A stretch of DNA of 62,471 nucleotides, counting the filler, from Choristocarpus tenellus KU-1152 (Eukaryota; Protista; Phaeophyceae): assembly GCA_964200185.2 (NCBI GenBank). It is 6 parts of 6 records of this genome, joined end to end, with 100 filler letters (N's around TTAATTAATTAA, not from the genome) between each part and the next. Parts side by side here need not be neighbours in the genome. Positions count along the whole stretch, not along the records: positions 17,295 to 34,556 come from CAXNAD020000696.1; positions 34,657 to 47,753 come from CAXNAD020001586.1; 4 more parts are not named here. One strand, written 5' to 3'. Positions within the stretch are counted from its first letter, which is position 1; the number at the start of each line of letters is the position of its first letter. The translations under genes were made by a program, and so were the position numbers. Below are positions 26,501 to 38,843 of the stretch, in pieces. The notes beneath the pieces were generated by a model. It made no database searches. It was not told the origin of the DNA and saw nothing but the letters and a program-made list of their open reading frames with translations.

Positions 26501-28076
26501 TTGATACATCAGTATTCTTAATAAAGGGCTCACCAAAGGGACAGAGACACGTCATCTCGATGGTGGTCTACCTGGAGCATCTTTGAACGAATGCACTCTC
26601 TACTGTACTAGCACTAGCACCTGTGCAGGTGGCTAAGGTTGTCTCGCCTGAAGAGGGCTTATCCAGGACGTGATGAGAAACGTCGGGGGGATGAGAGGGA
26701 CCTCTTGACGAACAGGGAGGGCCCCCACAGGCAACCGCATGACTTCAAGCCCATCGAGATTACTGTCACTCCTCTGAAACATCGCAACAAGAGGCCATAT
26801 GTCATTCCAGGCAATTCACACAACAAGGTGAGCGTGATGGTTGTTCGGGCAACCACCGATGTCTTTAATAAGGAGGGTCTTCGAGACGCAGCAGCAGAAG
26901 CAGCAGCAGAAGCAGCAGCAGCAGCAAACATGGGCATCATGTGGAGGTCACCATCGCCCACAAGATGAGGACTATACCTCGTGTGCCAAAGTATCATGAG
27001 GGCTGTACAGTTCGAGTTGCATCAATATGAGGACCTGCCCTCAAGTCCTCTTGCATGCTCATGGCCCTGCGGATTGCGTGGGCACCCTCAAGTGGAGGTT
27101 GAACCATGCCACAGAGCTGCCACAGCTTGCCTGTAGGGCGTTCGCCATCCCTTCTCCTTGGACAGTCTGATAGAATGCGACCTACAGCTCGTCTGTCTTA
27201 CAGCATCACAGAAGAAGCTCAACTTGAAATAGAAACGTTTATGCAACAGTGACCGACTTTTCATCCTCTACAACACGCCAGCAAGCGAGTTGTCCTGTGC
27301 TGTGCAATAGCTCTTACTAAGAGTGACATCAAAAAGACAAATATTTTTTTTTAAAAGGTAAAAAATTATTTATTTATTTTTTTCCTTCACACCTTGCGGG
27401 GTCGTACTCCAGTTCAGGGTGCTGAGCAAGTCGGAGTGGAATCTCAAGCGCTGCAAATGACGCTACATGTTCACCATTCTCTCCATGCCCTGCTCCAAAA
27501 AACCAAACAAAACGGAATGAAATTAGTTTACTGCTCTGTTAGTGATTCAAAAAGAATAATAATAATAACAGTAAAACAACACGCACACATATTGAATGCA
27601 CAAATCAATAAAATTGAACATGTGGTCGTAGGTTACGACGAAGGAGAGCAATCACAAAAAAAATAAAGAAAAGCAGTAGAAAAGCTGAACAAGCATCAAA
27701 AAAAATAATAATAATTAAAATAAGAATCAAAGAAATGGAAGAAACAAGATTTTTAACAGAGAGCAAGCCATTCATACAAAAAGCATGAGAAAGGTGTAAA
27801 AAAATACAAAGAAAATACTCTTCAGTTCATATTAATATCCCCCCAAAAAGTACACAGAAACATCACCTCCCCTGTTGTCAAAAAAAAAAAATGTTGACTA
27901 CAACCCATACTCAGCATGGACATCCACACTATACCCTCGCCCAATCAAATTAAACTAAAATACATTGGGAAAAAAAAAAATCTATAGCGTAGCAGGGTAG
28001 ATTTACCGAGGGGTGAAGGGATCCAAGGGTTAGGGAAGCAACAGAAAACAGGGGTCCATCAGAACAGATATATTTA

Positions 28077-28121
<45 letters not shown>

Positions 28122-30509
28122 ATCTGACCTGAGGTCTGCGGGAGACTCTCATGGAGAGAGATGAAACTATATGTATAAGTATGTATGTACACACACCTTG
28201 CACAGCAGTACACTTGATGCCATTTCATCCCCTTAGCAGTCGAGACGAAAACATTAATAATAATAATAATAATAATAAAATGGGTTATCTCTCACTACAG
28301 TTGAGATCAAAACACACCCATAACACCTGTCGTGACACTCGAGTTCAAAACATGCATGTGTGTTACAAACACCCATAACACCTCTCATAACACTCAGATT
28401 CAAAAAAACACGCATGCGCTCAATCTCCATAACATTTGTTGGAGCGCTCGAGTTCAAAACATGCATGTGTGTTACAAACATCCATAACACCTCTCATAAC
28501 ACTCAAGTTCAAACACACACACATGTGACGACATCTGCTACATTCAGCAGAAGTGGTATAATATGCAACAGCAAAAGAGTTGTCCAACGGGTCAAAAATG
28601 GAATTTTTCTTATCTCTCTTGTACAATTAAAAAAATAAAAAGCCCCTCCTAATTATTTTTTCTTATGCTGTGCGAATGATGGACAAAAAAATTATAGTTA
28701 AAAAAAACTCTCTCACAACGAGCCATGACAAGGATTCATATTCCTCAAACTTCTTTCTTTTTCTTATGTGAACATCTTTCGATAAGAGTTTCCTGAGAGG
28801 AAGGAAGGCGTGGGTCGATAGAATCGATAAATTTAGACCACATCAAAAAGGCCTCAATTTGTTACATTGCCTACACAATGCCACCACCCAGTCAGCCTTT
28901 CAGTCATGCCATGCTTTAAAAAAAAAAAACGAAACAATGTGTTAATATCCACTTCAAGCTTATTCAAAGAAGAACAATACTTGGTAAGTGGCAAAGACTA
29001 CATGAAAAACGCCAACTGGTATCGTAGGTCTTTGTGCGAAAATCTGCAACCAAAAAATAATCTCACACTCACATCATTTCTTTTTTATGTGGGAAAGTTT
29101 TCATTCGAACAGTCGGAAAAAATAAGAGGCAAAAAATGATCAAATATGTCCTGTTTTGTGTATAGAAAAAAACGTGCAAAAAATCATGGTGTATGAATGG
29201 GAACACATTCATATACATTACGGTAGCCCTGACAAACAGGAAGGGCATCACATTCAGCTGAGCTCTACTGATTCTACATAGTGTGTATTACAGACTCAAT
29301 TTCGAACGGGGAGGAGGTCTATGGTAGGTCAGTCCGATGGTGGCAAGAGGGACATGAGGGGATGCTGCAATGGTACGAATAAAAGACACGACTAAGGCAT
29401 GACATTTGACGATGACGAATTAGATTCCCCAACAGAATGTTTTGGGAGCCTTGCCTTTCTCACCCGCTTCGCTCTCTGTCCCGAGAGCAACACGTTTATA
29501 AGACCAGGATCACGTATCTGCACTCACCATCAAAAATACCAAAGATGGCCTGATCTTCCCTACCCAGAGCAGGGTGTGCCACCAGACCCCTGTCCTGGTT
29601 GGTCTTATACATCACCCGTCCGTCCATTGATACTACCAGGCCACCGCGCGAGAAAGACGCCACCGAGTCGTCCAAGAAAGCCCCCCGAACCCCCTGTTGA
29701 TGGAGGGGATGGGTGTGAGAGTGGGGTAGTTTATAACCATAGGTGCAACGTGACCAACAAAAAATAAAAGGGGGCAATCAGGTGCCCCCAAGGGTTAATC
29801 TCAAAAGGGGAAGAAAAATATCGACAACAAAGGAATAGTTGAGATAGACTGGTGAGTAGATGGGGAATGCGCACGACTGAGATGGATGACATTTAACATT
29901 ATGTCCAAAATAGACTATTTCCTTTGATACATTTCGCAGGTTCTCAAGAAATATTTTAGACTTATCGCGGTGGCAGTTCAACCCCGTCCAACTAGGAGGT
30001 ATGGTTCCGATCTCATGCAGAAATATTTTTCCTACCAAGGTGAAACAAAAACGTCAGTCAGGGTATCTCCGCACGAGCAACAACCATACATACACTTCCG
30101 TAGTAATCCTCAAACATGCCAAATCTTGTCGCCAACATTCACTAGGGAGATATTTTGAAAGAAAATCAACGTTCTCACTCACGTTTGGCGAGGATGCTGT
30201 ATTTCTCCTAGTAGCCTGATCATCCCATACGGAATTTACATAGCTGTCCATTTCAGTATCCACCACGTTGCAGCAATCCACGCCCCCCTTACCCACTGCC
30301 TCGCTGCTGATACGACGACATGCGGTCATCGACCTAAGTATCGAAAACACACCCATCCTTCCCCTTCTGTTGATCTTCCGCTGAAAAGGAAGCGCCCCAA
30401 GCCCAGAGGCTACCAAGGTGAACAGCAGGACGATCAAGACCAAACCAGGTGAGATGTCAAGACAGCGATACACAACAGAAACTATCCCCGCCCACAGCGC
30501 TCCACACAT
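17400..30509 (-). CDS. Protein phosphatase 2C (PPM family), multi-exon, 3' end lost at the linker
   Basis: Phase-consistent GT-AG exons: ~30509 (or 30356)-30183; 29693-29528 (KTNQDRG..AIFGIFDG); 27489-27393 (HGENGEHVAS); 18546-18345 (GSTAVV..MANVGDSRA..LTWDQ); 18064-17903 (ERERIEAAGG..GLAMARSIGD); 17507-17400 (GVIAEPEV..LLLASDGVWE). The start codon and first exon are uncertain. Confidence 0.93.
20469..20531. repeat. (TCA)n microsatellite in the 5' LTR
   Basis: Read directly from the sequence. Other simple repeats: (GA)n at ~17674-17720 and (TA)n at ~28070-28116. Confidence 0.95.
24627..24830. repeat. 41-bp tandem repeat, about 5 copies, in the 3' LTR
   Basis: Unit AACAAGTTGCTATTAGTTAGTATACGTGAAGTAGTAACTGT, copies near-identical. 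The 5' LTR has only one diverged unit. Confidence 0.95.
25321..25394. repeat. ~24-bp tandem repeat, 3 copies
   Basis: Unit TGGTTACTCCACGCATCATCCATK. Confidence 0.9.
25710..25950. repeat. 27-bp tandem repeat, 9 copies
   Basis: Unit CAGTACCCAAGTGGCATAAYATCTCRA at 25710, 25737, 25764 and onward. Confidence 0.96.
26600..27300 (+). pseudogene. hAT transposase C-terminal relic
   Basis: QLACRAFAIPS at ~27125-27160 resembles the hATC dimerisation motif LARxxLAIPASSAxSER. It is preceded by EGPHRQPHDFKP. The region carries multiple frameshifts. Confidence 0.5.
28310..28530. repeat. Nested short tandem duplications (~57 and ~110 bp) in a PP2C intron
   Basis: CTCGAGTTCAAAACATGCATGTGTGTTACAAACAYCCATAACACCTCTCATAACACTCA occurs at about 28338 and 28447. 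Confidence 0.85.
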
Positions 30510-31088
30510 GCTCACGGTTACAAAACCCAGTTGGAGGCACCCCCCTGCCCCCCCACTGGAACAGGTAGACTGCCTAGAGTAACAAACCCATTATGGAACT
30601 TATGCCGAGTTATCTTGTTTTCATTTGACAAAAGAAGTAGTAGCGCAGCAAAAAGAAGAGCCGGTGTGTTGTCACTGTTGATTTCATGCTTACCGTTGAT
30701 TGAGACTTTGTTCACGTGGTCGCTATTATAGAGCCGTTTTCATGCTAGAATCCCGAAAAAAAATGTCGTTTCTTTGTACAAACAACATGCATCTTGGTAG
30801 GGTATGGCGTCTATCGATATGAGGAGAAGAACGGAGGAATCGTAAATGGACCTACGTCCTGGAGCGAGGCGTGGCGACTGCCCAGAAATTTTAGCTTAGA
30901 GGGACAGTTTTTCGAGTCTGACTGGCTTGGGAGGGAACGAGACTATCTGTGCAAGGGGGGTGCAGGAAAGAAGGCCAACGAGAATTGCTATGACGCGATA
31001 TCGGACAACTACGTTTCACTGGACCAACTGCGATCTTAAATCATGACCAGGGTCGTCTAATCTCATCTTAAAGTAACCCAGGGGTGGG

Positions 31089-34000
31089 ATGTCAGCGCGG
31101 AGTGAGATCAGTGTCAATCTACGCAGCACATCATTCCGGCAAATCAATGCCGACTTCCAGACTCGTGGCGGTCTGTCCCGCATAGCAAGGGTGGCCATGA
31201 TGCCAGGAATCACTCCGATGGTGGTAAACAATGAGCTCGGATCTTCTTCTTCGACATCGATGCCCATTCGAAATGGGACTAAACTCAGTCATCGTCGAAC
31301 TGTGTCAGAGAATGGGACGTCCAAGGGAAGATCAAGCAGGTCTGAATACCTCACAGATTTCGACATGCTTGCACAGCATGGCTCAGTCTACAATTCTATA
31401 TTAGATATATTGGTGCCTGCCAATCGCACATCCCCTAGATTTTGGGGAAAGGTAAAATCAGAGCATGTCCCACGTGATAGGTGTCTTGGATGTCAAGTTT
31501 TCTGTTTGAAATCCAAATGTGGCAGGATTTCTTGCACCATTCCCTACAGCAATACTCTAGAGAGTCACATGATGACTCACTCTGGTCCCATCACTTTACA
31601 CAGTATTTTTGTGTTAAAGTTTCACTGCCCACATGCACGTACAAGCTAGTGTTCCCCAACTATCGCTACACTCTCCCATCCTCTTGTATCGCTTTGAAGT
31701 GATAACAGTCAAGCTTCACCGGCAGAGTTCCATACATCACAGGCTCGTGATATGCATAGTCGCGAAGCAAGTTTCATAGATGGTGTTACACATAGTCAGT
31801 CTGGGCAGGGGCAGGGGCAGACCCAGGACCTTACAACTGGGCGGGAGGTGTCAGGTACAGGTAAGGGAGAGCCACGAGGATGCAGTGCTGGTGGAGACAG
31901 GGAGCGGGGAGGTGCAGCGCGGCACAATGAGGAAGACTTAGCCATGGAGGTTCCCGGTAGATATGAACGTATGAGGGTACTTGGGCGAGGGAGCTTTGGG
32001 GCTGTAACTCTCGTTAAGGACAACCGTGACAGCAAGTTATATGCCATGAAGACTCTTAACTGGGGGGAGAAGTCAGAAGATAGAGAGCTCGCGCTTGATG
32101 AGGTGCGTCCTTGGACCTTGCTTTAATTGTTTGGTAGTGATACTCCTCTGTCATGATATTTCCCACTCCCTCCCCAAACATGCTCCAAACCCCAAGTGAA
32201 AATGGTATTTGGGGAAGCAGCAGCATACACATAAAAGAAGCAAGATAGGGCTATCATCTCTCCCAAAGTGCTTCCTTGATGTGTGTGTCTGTGCAAGAGA
32301 AGTGGTATGCAAATATAGCAATTGCACATACAAAAAGAGTTCTGCACTAAACAAGAGGGAGACCGAGAGGAGACATAGCTACAACTGCTGATGTTTTTCA
32401 TGAAGTTTTTCTAACACCTGGACCAAGTTTTTCTCCATTCACACCACAATTCACTGTGATATTCACTGCACACACTCCCTGGTCCAATAGCTTGAATTAT
32501 TCAAATATATCGTCGTTGCAATTGACACGTATGTCGTGAAGTGAAATGTTTAGAAGACCTTGGGCAGGTACACATTGGCTCAAACAGTGGAACAAATCCA
32601 ACATCCCCCTACCCACTGGCAACACTGGGAAATATGAGTCACATTTGCCTGCCCTTTGTTGATCTGTTGTCAAGTGTTCTAACCATATACTATGTCAATG
32701 ATTAGATTAGTTGTGAAATAGACACATCGGATCGGCCTCACACATCCACACCACAAAAAGAAAGGTGGAGTATATGCTCCAGAGAATGAGTAGCTCACAA
32801 TGAAAGCGGATGCAGACACTAGGTTAGCTTTTGGTTCTACACCTGCTTCATGCCTTTCCATGGTGGCATTAGTATGTTTGACCTGCACAATGCTGGTTTA
32901 TGGTTTGATACTCCTAATGAGGTACTAGAACTACTGGCTAGTACAGTTGGTGTGCAGTGACTGTCTTACCACTTACAATATAAACCGTCCACAACATAGG
33001 AGTGCCTGCTAGGGTAGCACTATAGAATGCATTTGTTGTGGACCAATAATTAATGTATCCTTGAGAGGGTTACGGTTGAATTCATAAAGATCTGTGGGAG
33101 AGCCTTCTTGCAGATGTATTATTTGCACTTCGTGGGATTGATACCTCACCGAGGTGTCTTTGACATACACTCCCTCAAATGCATGCAATTTCAGGATAGA
33201 AGTACTGGGTCAAGTGCTAGGTTGAAAAAGTCTTGAATGACTCAAATTGGCTCCAATTTACCCCCCTCTAGGATACTTGACTCATTTTTATTTGTTCATT
33301 GCATCATGCACGTGTACCCCAATACAATCATGCATGAACTCGTATAGATCAAGCAACCCCATCTCATGCAGTTTTCTAGATATCTTCTAGCGGTCAGTAC
33401 TCTACAGTGCATTCACCAACATTGAGTAACATGACCATAACTCAGGTGCCAGGTAATAATAGGAGAGACAGTCAAAGCAATCTTAGCCAAAAGCTGTGCA
33501 ATGCAGTCAGCTACCAGTCTGCAATACACACACTGTATGTTATGCATGGAAGACAATGGCTAGTAATGCCCTTACTCTAGTGTTCTCATCGTGCTCCCCC
33601 TGTGAGGGCTGCTGCTGGCATGGAGTAGAGTAACATGTACAGAGATTATGGAGGCATAGTGGAGAGGAAAGGGGAAAGGGGCATCAAACAATGTTTCCAC
33701 TAACAGGAATTACTCTTATGCCACATTAAGCTGGTAGGATGTATTCATGCTGAAAGTTGCCCTTCCCCTTGGATAATCTTATCAATGACACAGTAACCCA
33801 TCTCTTCTCATCATAGCACGTATTTACACTGAGAATTGCCCTTCCCCTCGAGCATCCTCAATGATTCTAGTAACTCATCTCTTCTAGTTGTTGCTGCACC
33901 TCATATACTCACAACCAAGGATCTAGAAAAGGTTGCTCACTCCAACCTCTCCTTGTCCAACCCACCTACGAAAATATCGGCATTGATTATCACCATCAAA

Positions 34001-34344
34001 GTCCAAGCTCTGCAAAAAGCTCAACCACCGATGATCACTATGATTTTTTTTTTTGTCACATGTTTTTTTCCAGTCAACGCTCGTTCCACCTCCTTCAGCC
34101 CTATATAAAAACACCTCAAGACAAAGTCCTGCACTCACAACACTCAACACAGGTTAGACTTCTGCGGTGGCTCAAGCACCCATGCATTCTATCCCTATAC
34201 GACACCTTTCTCAGCACAGACGGCCGGCTTGTGTGCCTCACTACCACATACTGCGAGTCTGGAGACCTTGCAAAGATCATTAAACACGCGTCTAAGACCA
34301 AGAGCTACTTGGGGGAAAAGACGGTTTTGTGCTGGTTCGCACAG
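31089..34344 (+). CDS. NEK (NIMA-related)-like Ser/Thr protein kinase, 5' part only
   Basis: Phase-0 exons: 31089-31451; 31743-32102 (LGRGSFGAVTLV..YAMK..ALDE); 34153-34344 (VRLLRWLKHPCIL..YCESGDL..VLCWFAQ), then a GC donor CAG|GCAAGT. The catalytic-loop exons are missing before the linker at 34557. Confidence 0.9.
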
Positions 34345-34486
34345 GCAAGTAGGGTTAGGGATGATGGGGGATGACAAGTAGGGTATACCAACACAATTCT
34401 GAAAGGTTCACAATATCGATTTTTGTTGTAATATTATGGTCTTCACCGCTTTGTCTGCAATATAGAGGAGGGTGGGGCAAGGTCCT

Positions 34487-34556
34487 GAGCCAAAGTATCT
34501 TAGAGGGTAGCGCCGCGTCCATTTGGGGGCCAAAATCCAATGTTGCGATTTTGTTG
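34487..34556 (-). mobile_element. MITE family A, truncated by a linker; a family B end lies at 34657-34672
   Basis: GAGCCAAAGTATCTTAGAGGGTAGCGCCGCGTCCATTTGGGG before the linker, and CCAGATACTTTGAGCC after it. Confidence 0.85.
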
Positions 34557-36803
34557 NNNNNNNNNNNNNNNNNNNNNNNNNNNNNNNNNNNNNNNNNNNN
34601 TTAATTAATTAANNNNNNNNNNNNNNNNNNNNNNNNNNNNNNNNNNNNNNNNNNNNCCAGATACTTTGAGCCTTATGAAACCGCCATAAAGATACGTCAC
34701 CTGTACACAGATCGCAGATCGTGCATTAGGCAGCCTTTCTTGTGAGCAACATAGTCACATCGTTGTGTCGTTTAATATTATTAGTCTTTTGTATGTATTT
34801 GTTCTTCATCTCCCCATAACTACCCTGGCACTTGAAATGAGTCATCATCACTTCACTACACACATACGCAGAGTGTCCTTACACCTCGTTGCTTATTGGG
34901 CGACGTTTTTCACATAAAATCGAGTCAAAGTAAGCGAGAGATACCCAGAATGTCAGGAGATACGTGCAGTATTGGGCTTTCTTGACAAGTGTGTACAGGG
35001 TTTTTTCTGAATCATGTCAAAATGTAAAAAAAAAGAAGAGAAATATACCCTCTCAAGTCAAATTTTGAACTTCATCCATAGAAGTATGATTGGATTGAAC
35101 AAGATTGAAAAACTGGTCTATAATGCAAAACGACCAAAACCTGGGTACCCCTCGTTTACGTTTGTCAACAAAACCACACTGTTGACGCTACAGTGCACTT
35201 TCAAGGAATTCTAATTTTGATGATGAATATTCCACGTGATAGGCCCTACATAGGTAATGCTAAGTTCTTACCTTTTTTATATACTTTGAAGTAAATACAT
35301 GTAGGAAGTATTATGTATGATGGTACTCCAGAGTACAATACATAGCACTATCCAATCCTATCAATGGGATGATCGCTTATCGCAGAAAGTACAGATGTCT
35401 ATCGTCAGTACGTTTTATATACCGTTTTCAAGGAATAATGTCTATGGATAGGACGGACAGACTAGGCCACACCTTTCGATTTTTGGGGCAACAGCACACT
35501 GCAAAAGAGAGGCGCCACAAGACGTATTTAACATATTTTCGTCACCCTGCACTTGTTGCAATGGTTATTGCCATTACATGCCCCTGCAAGATGTCAGGAT
35601 CAAAAGAAAACAAGTGAAAGTATGTGTACCTTGATCCCTTCCTGGTTTATAATGAGACGAAAATAGATAGGAAAATTTTGTAATGCATTTCACCCTTGGT
35701 GCTATGTAGTTGAGTCATTGATGCTCTACAATGGAAGCAGCTATCATTCCGTGCACCATCATAACTTCCAGAAAAACGAAGTAGGTGGAACGAAAAATTG
35801 TATCATGTGCAGCTTTCTTCCACTGTGCTATTCTCCTGGCACATTCAGAAATGGGATAGGTGCCTCTAAAGGCAGAGCAGAAATGCACTCGAAAAAAAAT
35901 TCAGAAACATGATAAGAGGTGCTCTGTAATCCTGGAAGGGTTTCCTGCGATGTTGGCGTATCTTCTCCTGCACATGTGAGTCAACACTTGCAATGAGCAC
36001 ACGAACATGCCAGAGCAAGCTCACTACAAATAAAAAACACAGGGAAGGGAGTTAAAAAAGGAAAGGACCGGAGAGATTGTTGCTTGTCGGGAGGGCCATC
36101 ACGGATGTGAAATCCTTCAGAGACTTAACAGAACGCAGTATCAAGTCCAGATCAGATCTTTGATGCTGTCCATACATGCAGACATAATCGATTGCTTCAC
36201 GGTTGGTGGGGGTCATGAAACAGCTGCACAGAATTTAAGACTCACAATATCTGAAAAGGCAACTTGGTCATCCTTCCAGCCCTTGCGTTGTTCTGACTGG
36301 ACAGGTCAGTTTTCGCTGCAACGGGTTCGAAATTCAGCATTACCTCCCTTGTCTCAATAGTCACACAAACCACTCTCCCCTGAAAATACATTAGATGTCG
36401 ACAAAAGTACACAAACCCTTGTTGTAGTTGATCTACAAAGATGGCGAACAAAATTATTGGTACCTCTGAAGGGAAGGAGGTGGAAGCAAGTGATATATAG
36501 CGCATGCTCAAGGATAAACAAGAGCAGGAAATGACCCAGTGATGACCCGGGTCCTTTGTAGATAGGTTTAGCAAGAAAATTTGACATCCCTCTGTCAATT
36601 ATTTGCTTTTCCCTAAGAATGGGTTGACCACCACCTCGACTTGTGGCAAAGCCTCTCCTCTGCTGTTAAGTGGAATGTAAGGTTTGATGTGGGGTAACAT
36701 ACACAGGCCTTGTGCTGAATGAAAATAAAACGAAAATCTACATGATATTTCCATCTAATGCCCAACTTCATGCACATATTTATTCACTCCCTGTATCACT
36801 ATA

Positions 36804-38110
36804 TCACTTCTCTGCATCAATAAGGAGCTCTCGCAATGGATGGGTTGCCTGCTCACACACTGCCTCCATCCAGGCGATATCCTTGGGGGTAAAGGCACGG
36901 GCCTGGTTTGTACCAATGACTACAACTCCTGTTCCATCAATCACAGGCTGCATCACCACTGCCTGGCAATTTTCCGGTAGGTAGTCAAACTCGATTTTCC
37001 CTGGCAGAACCTGGGAATAGTTGGGAAACAGGGACAGGAACGTAATGGTGCATTCTTCAGTCACACCAGGTCAGTACAGTCAACACATACTGCATCATAC
37101 TGCCTACCTACTGTGCGACTCATCTACCCTGCTTGCACATTCTTGTTGAGTGCTGTACATCCTCCATGCGATAAGGAATAATCTACTCACTTTCAATGCA
37201 TCTAGATCCAAGACTCATGGCGCAAGTGTTTGCCTCATTAGCTTGCAGCTAAGCTTGTTGCAACTGGTTCTGGAACAAGATAAAGTGGGCATGACACCTG
37301 GCTAGACCCGAACCATTCGCACCTGTAGTGCGGGGAGGTAGAGCTCCCGACCGTCAAATCCCTCTCGCATACTCTTTTCCAGGATGGGGGCACTCTTAAT
37401 CACTGGTTTGGGACCCATCACCCCCACACGGCACAACGTTTCTCCTCCTCGATATACTAGCACAGATGTCGCTGCTGAAGCCTGGTGATGTAACCCAGCG
37501 AGTAGGCCGAAGGCGTTAGAAATCCGTGCTCCTGGCACGTCCAATTAAGTTTGACAATCCCTGCAATGCACGATCACATGAGCACACAACTCACCGTCAG
37601 CAAGGATTCTGCCATCCATTTGAGGTCTTTAATTGCTTTAGGTGGCAACACAGGGTTGTACTCCTGGATAAAAGTTCCCACCAATGTGACCTTTTCTGCC
37701 TCCTTCACGTTCAGATCCTGACGAATAAGGGCACGGTAAGTGGAGGGGGTGACCATCTTGACGGCCCCCAAGAGAGGGAACAAGCAGCATCTGGTACCCG
37801 AAGGCAGAAGATAGACCAATGAAACAAGGATAGATTCTCACCAACGCATATACTCCACTCATGACAAGACCTCCGCTTCCAATCACTCCCAAGATATCTG
37901 TGCGGGCCTGGGTGTCGACCAAGTCTGGCGTCCAAAGGCGATTGAGAACTACAGCCGCTAAGATGGAAACACCGACTGTCACAGAGAACAGGGGGCTTGT
38001 CAGGGTCCTAAACAGCTGTGCACCCGGAGAAGTCTGAAGATTTCCCTCGGTTTCCTTGGCAATCGTGCCATTGCCATCACCATCTCCACTTTTTCCATGG
38101 CTTATCTGTC
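36804..38110 (-). CDS. CCB4: Cofactor assembly of complex C subunit B4 (cytochrome b6 heme ci biogenesis; CCB2/CCB4 family)
   Basis: Phase-0 exons: ~38110?-37842 (VLNRL..QARTDILGV); 37717-37595 (DLKWMAESLL); 37481-37323; 37010-36804 (LPGKIEFDYLPENCQAVVMQP..VVIGTNQARAFTPKDIAW). These resemble plant CCB4 (QSRADLL; YPGRSELPFLPxNTQAVILQP; RGFTxxDQAW). The 5' exon(s) are unresolved, possibly near 38634. Confidence 0.85.
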
Positions 38111-38843
38111 GTTCAACATGGTGAAGGCCAGGTAGTGTAGTCCCACATAGAAGAGAAAGTTAATGGAGGTGCTCACATTTAATTTTGACCATGTACTAGA
38201 TGTTAGTAACACATGCAAAGGAGAAGGGCATACCTTCTATAATATTGATGGGTTCATGATCAATACATCACTTCAAGTTTCTCACCGTCAGACAGGAAAA
38301 TTCCCTTTGATTAACCCCTCCAGGGTAGCATCCACTCCTCTTCAAAGGTTCAGTTGCTAGACCAAAATTAAATACGGGTGCTTTAACTCTAAATGCATCG
38401 CGGAGCCTGATACAACCAAGGAAGTATCCCAATACAGACAACCTCATAATTTTGGTTTTGTGTTCCCCCTAATATTCCAGAAAGGGTTTCCACACACCTA
38501 CAATAAAAATGTTTCAAATGTTTCATGATTGGGAGGAACGGATGTGTGGCCCAAAGGTCTGCGGTATTGACCCGAAAAGCGATCAACAACTCATAACCCC
38601 CAAGGAGGTAAAATTTAGCCTGCGCCGTGGTCATGTATATTCATTCAGTGCGGTTTATTAATGGATTATTTATAAGACATGCCAAGATTTCATTTCATTT
38701 TGTCTAGTACTGAGGTGGAGGATTTGTTCTTTGTAGTTTCAGTTTTTCCGAAACACCTAGTTTAGCTAACTTCTAGAAGGTGTGATTGTAATTTGGTTAT
38801 TGCTGTGCCTGTCATCTTCTTTCTCTCCCATAGGGGGCTTCAT

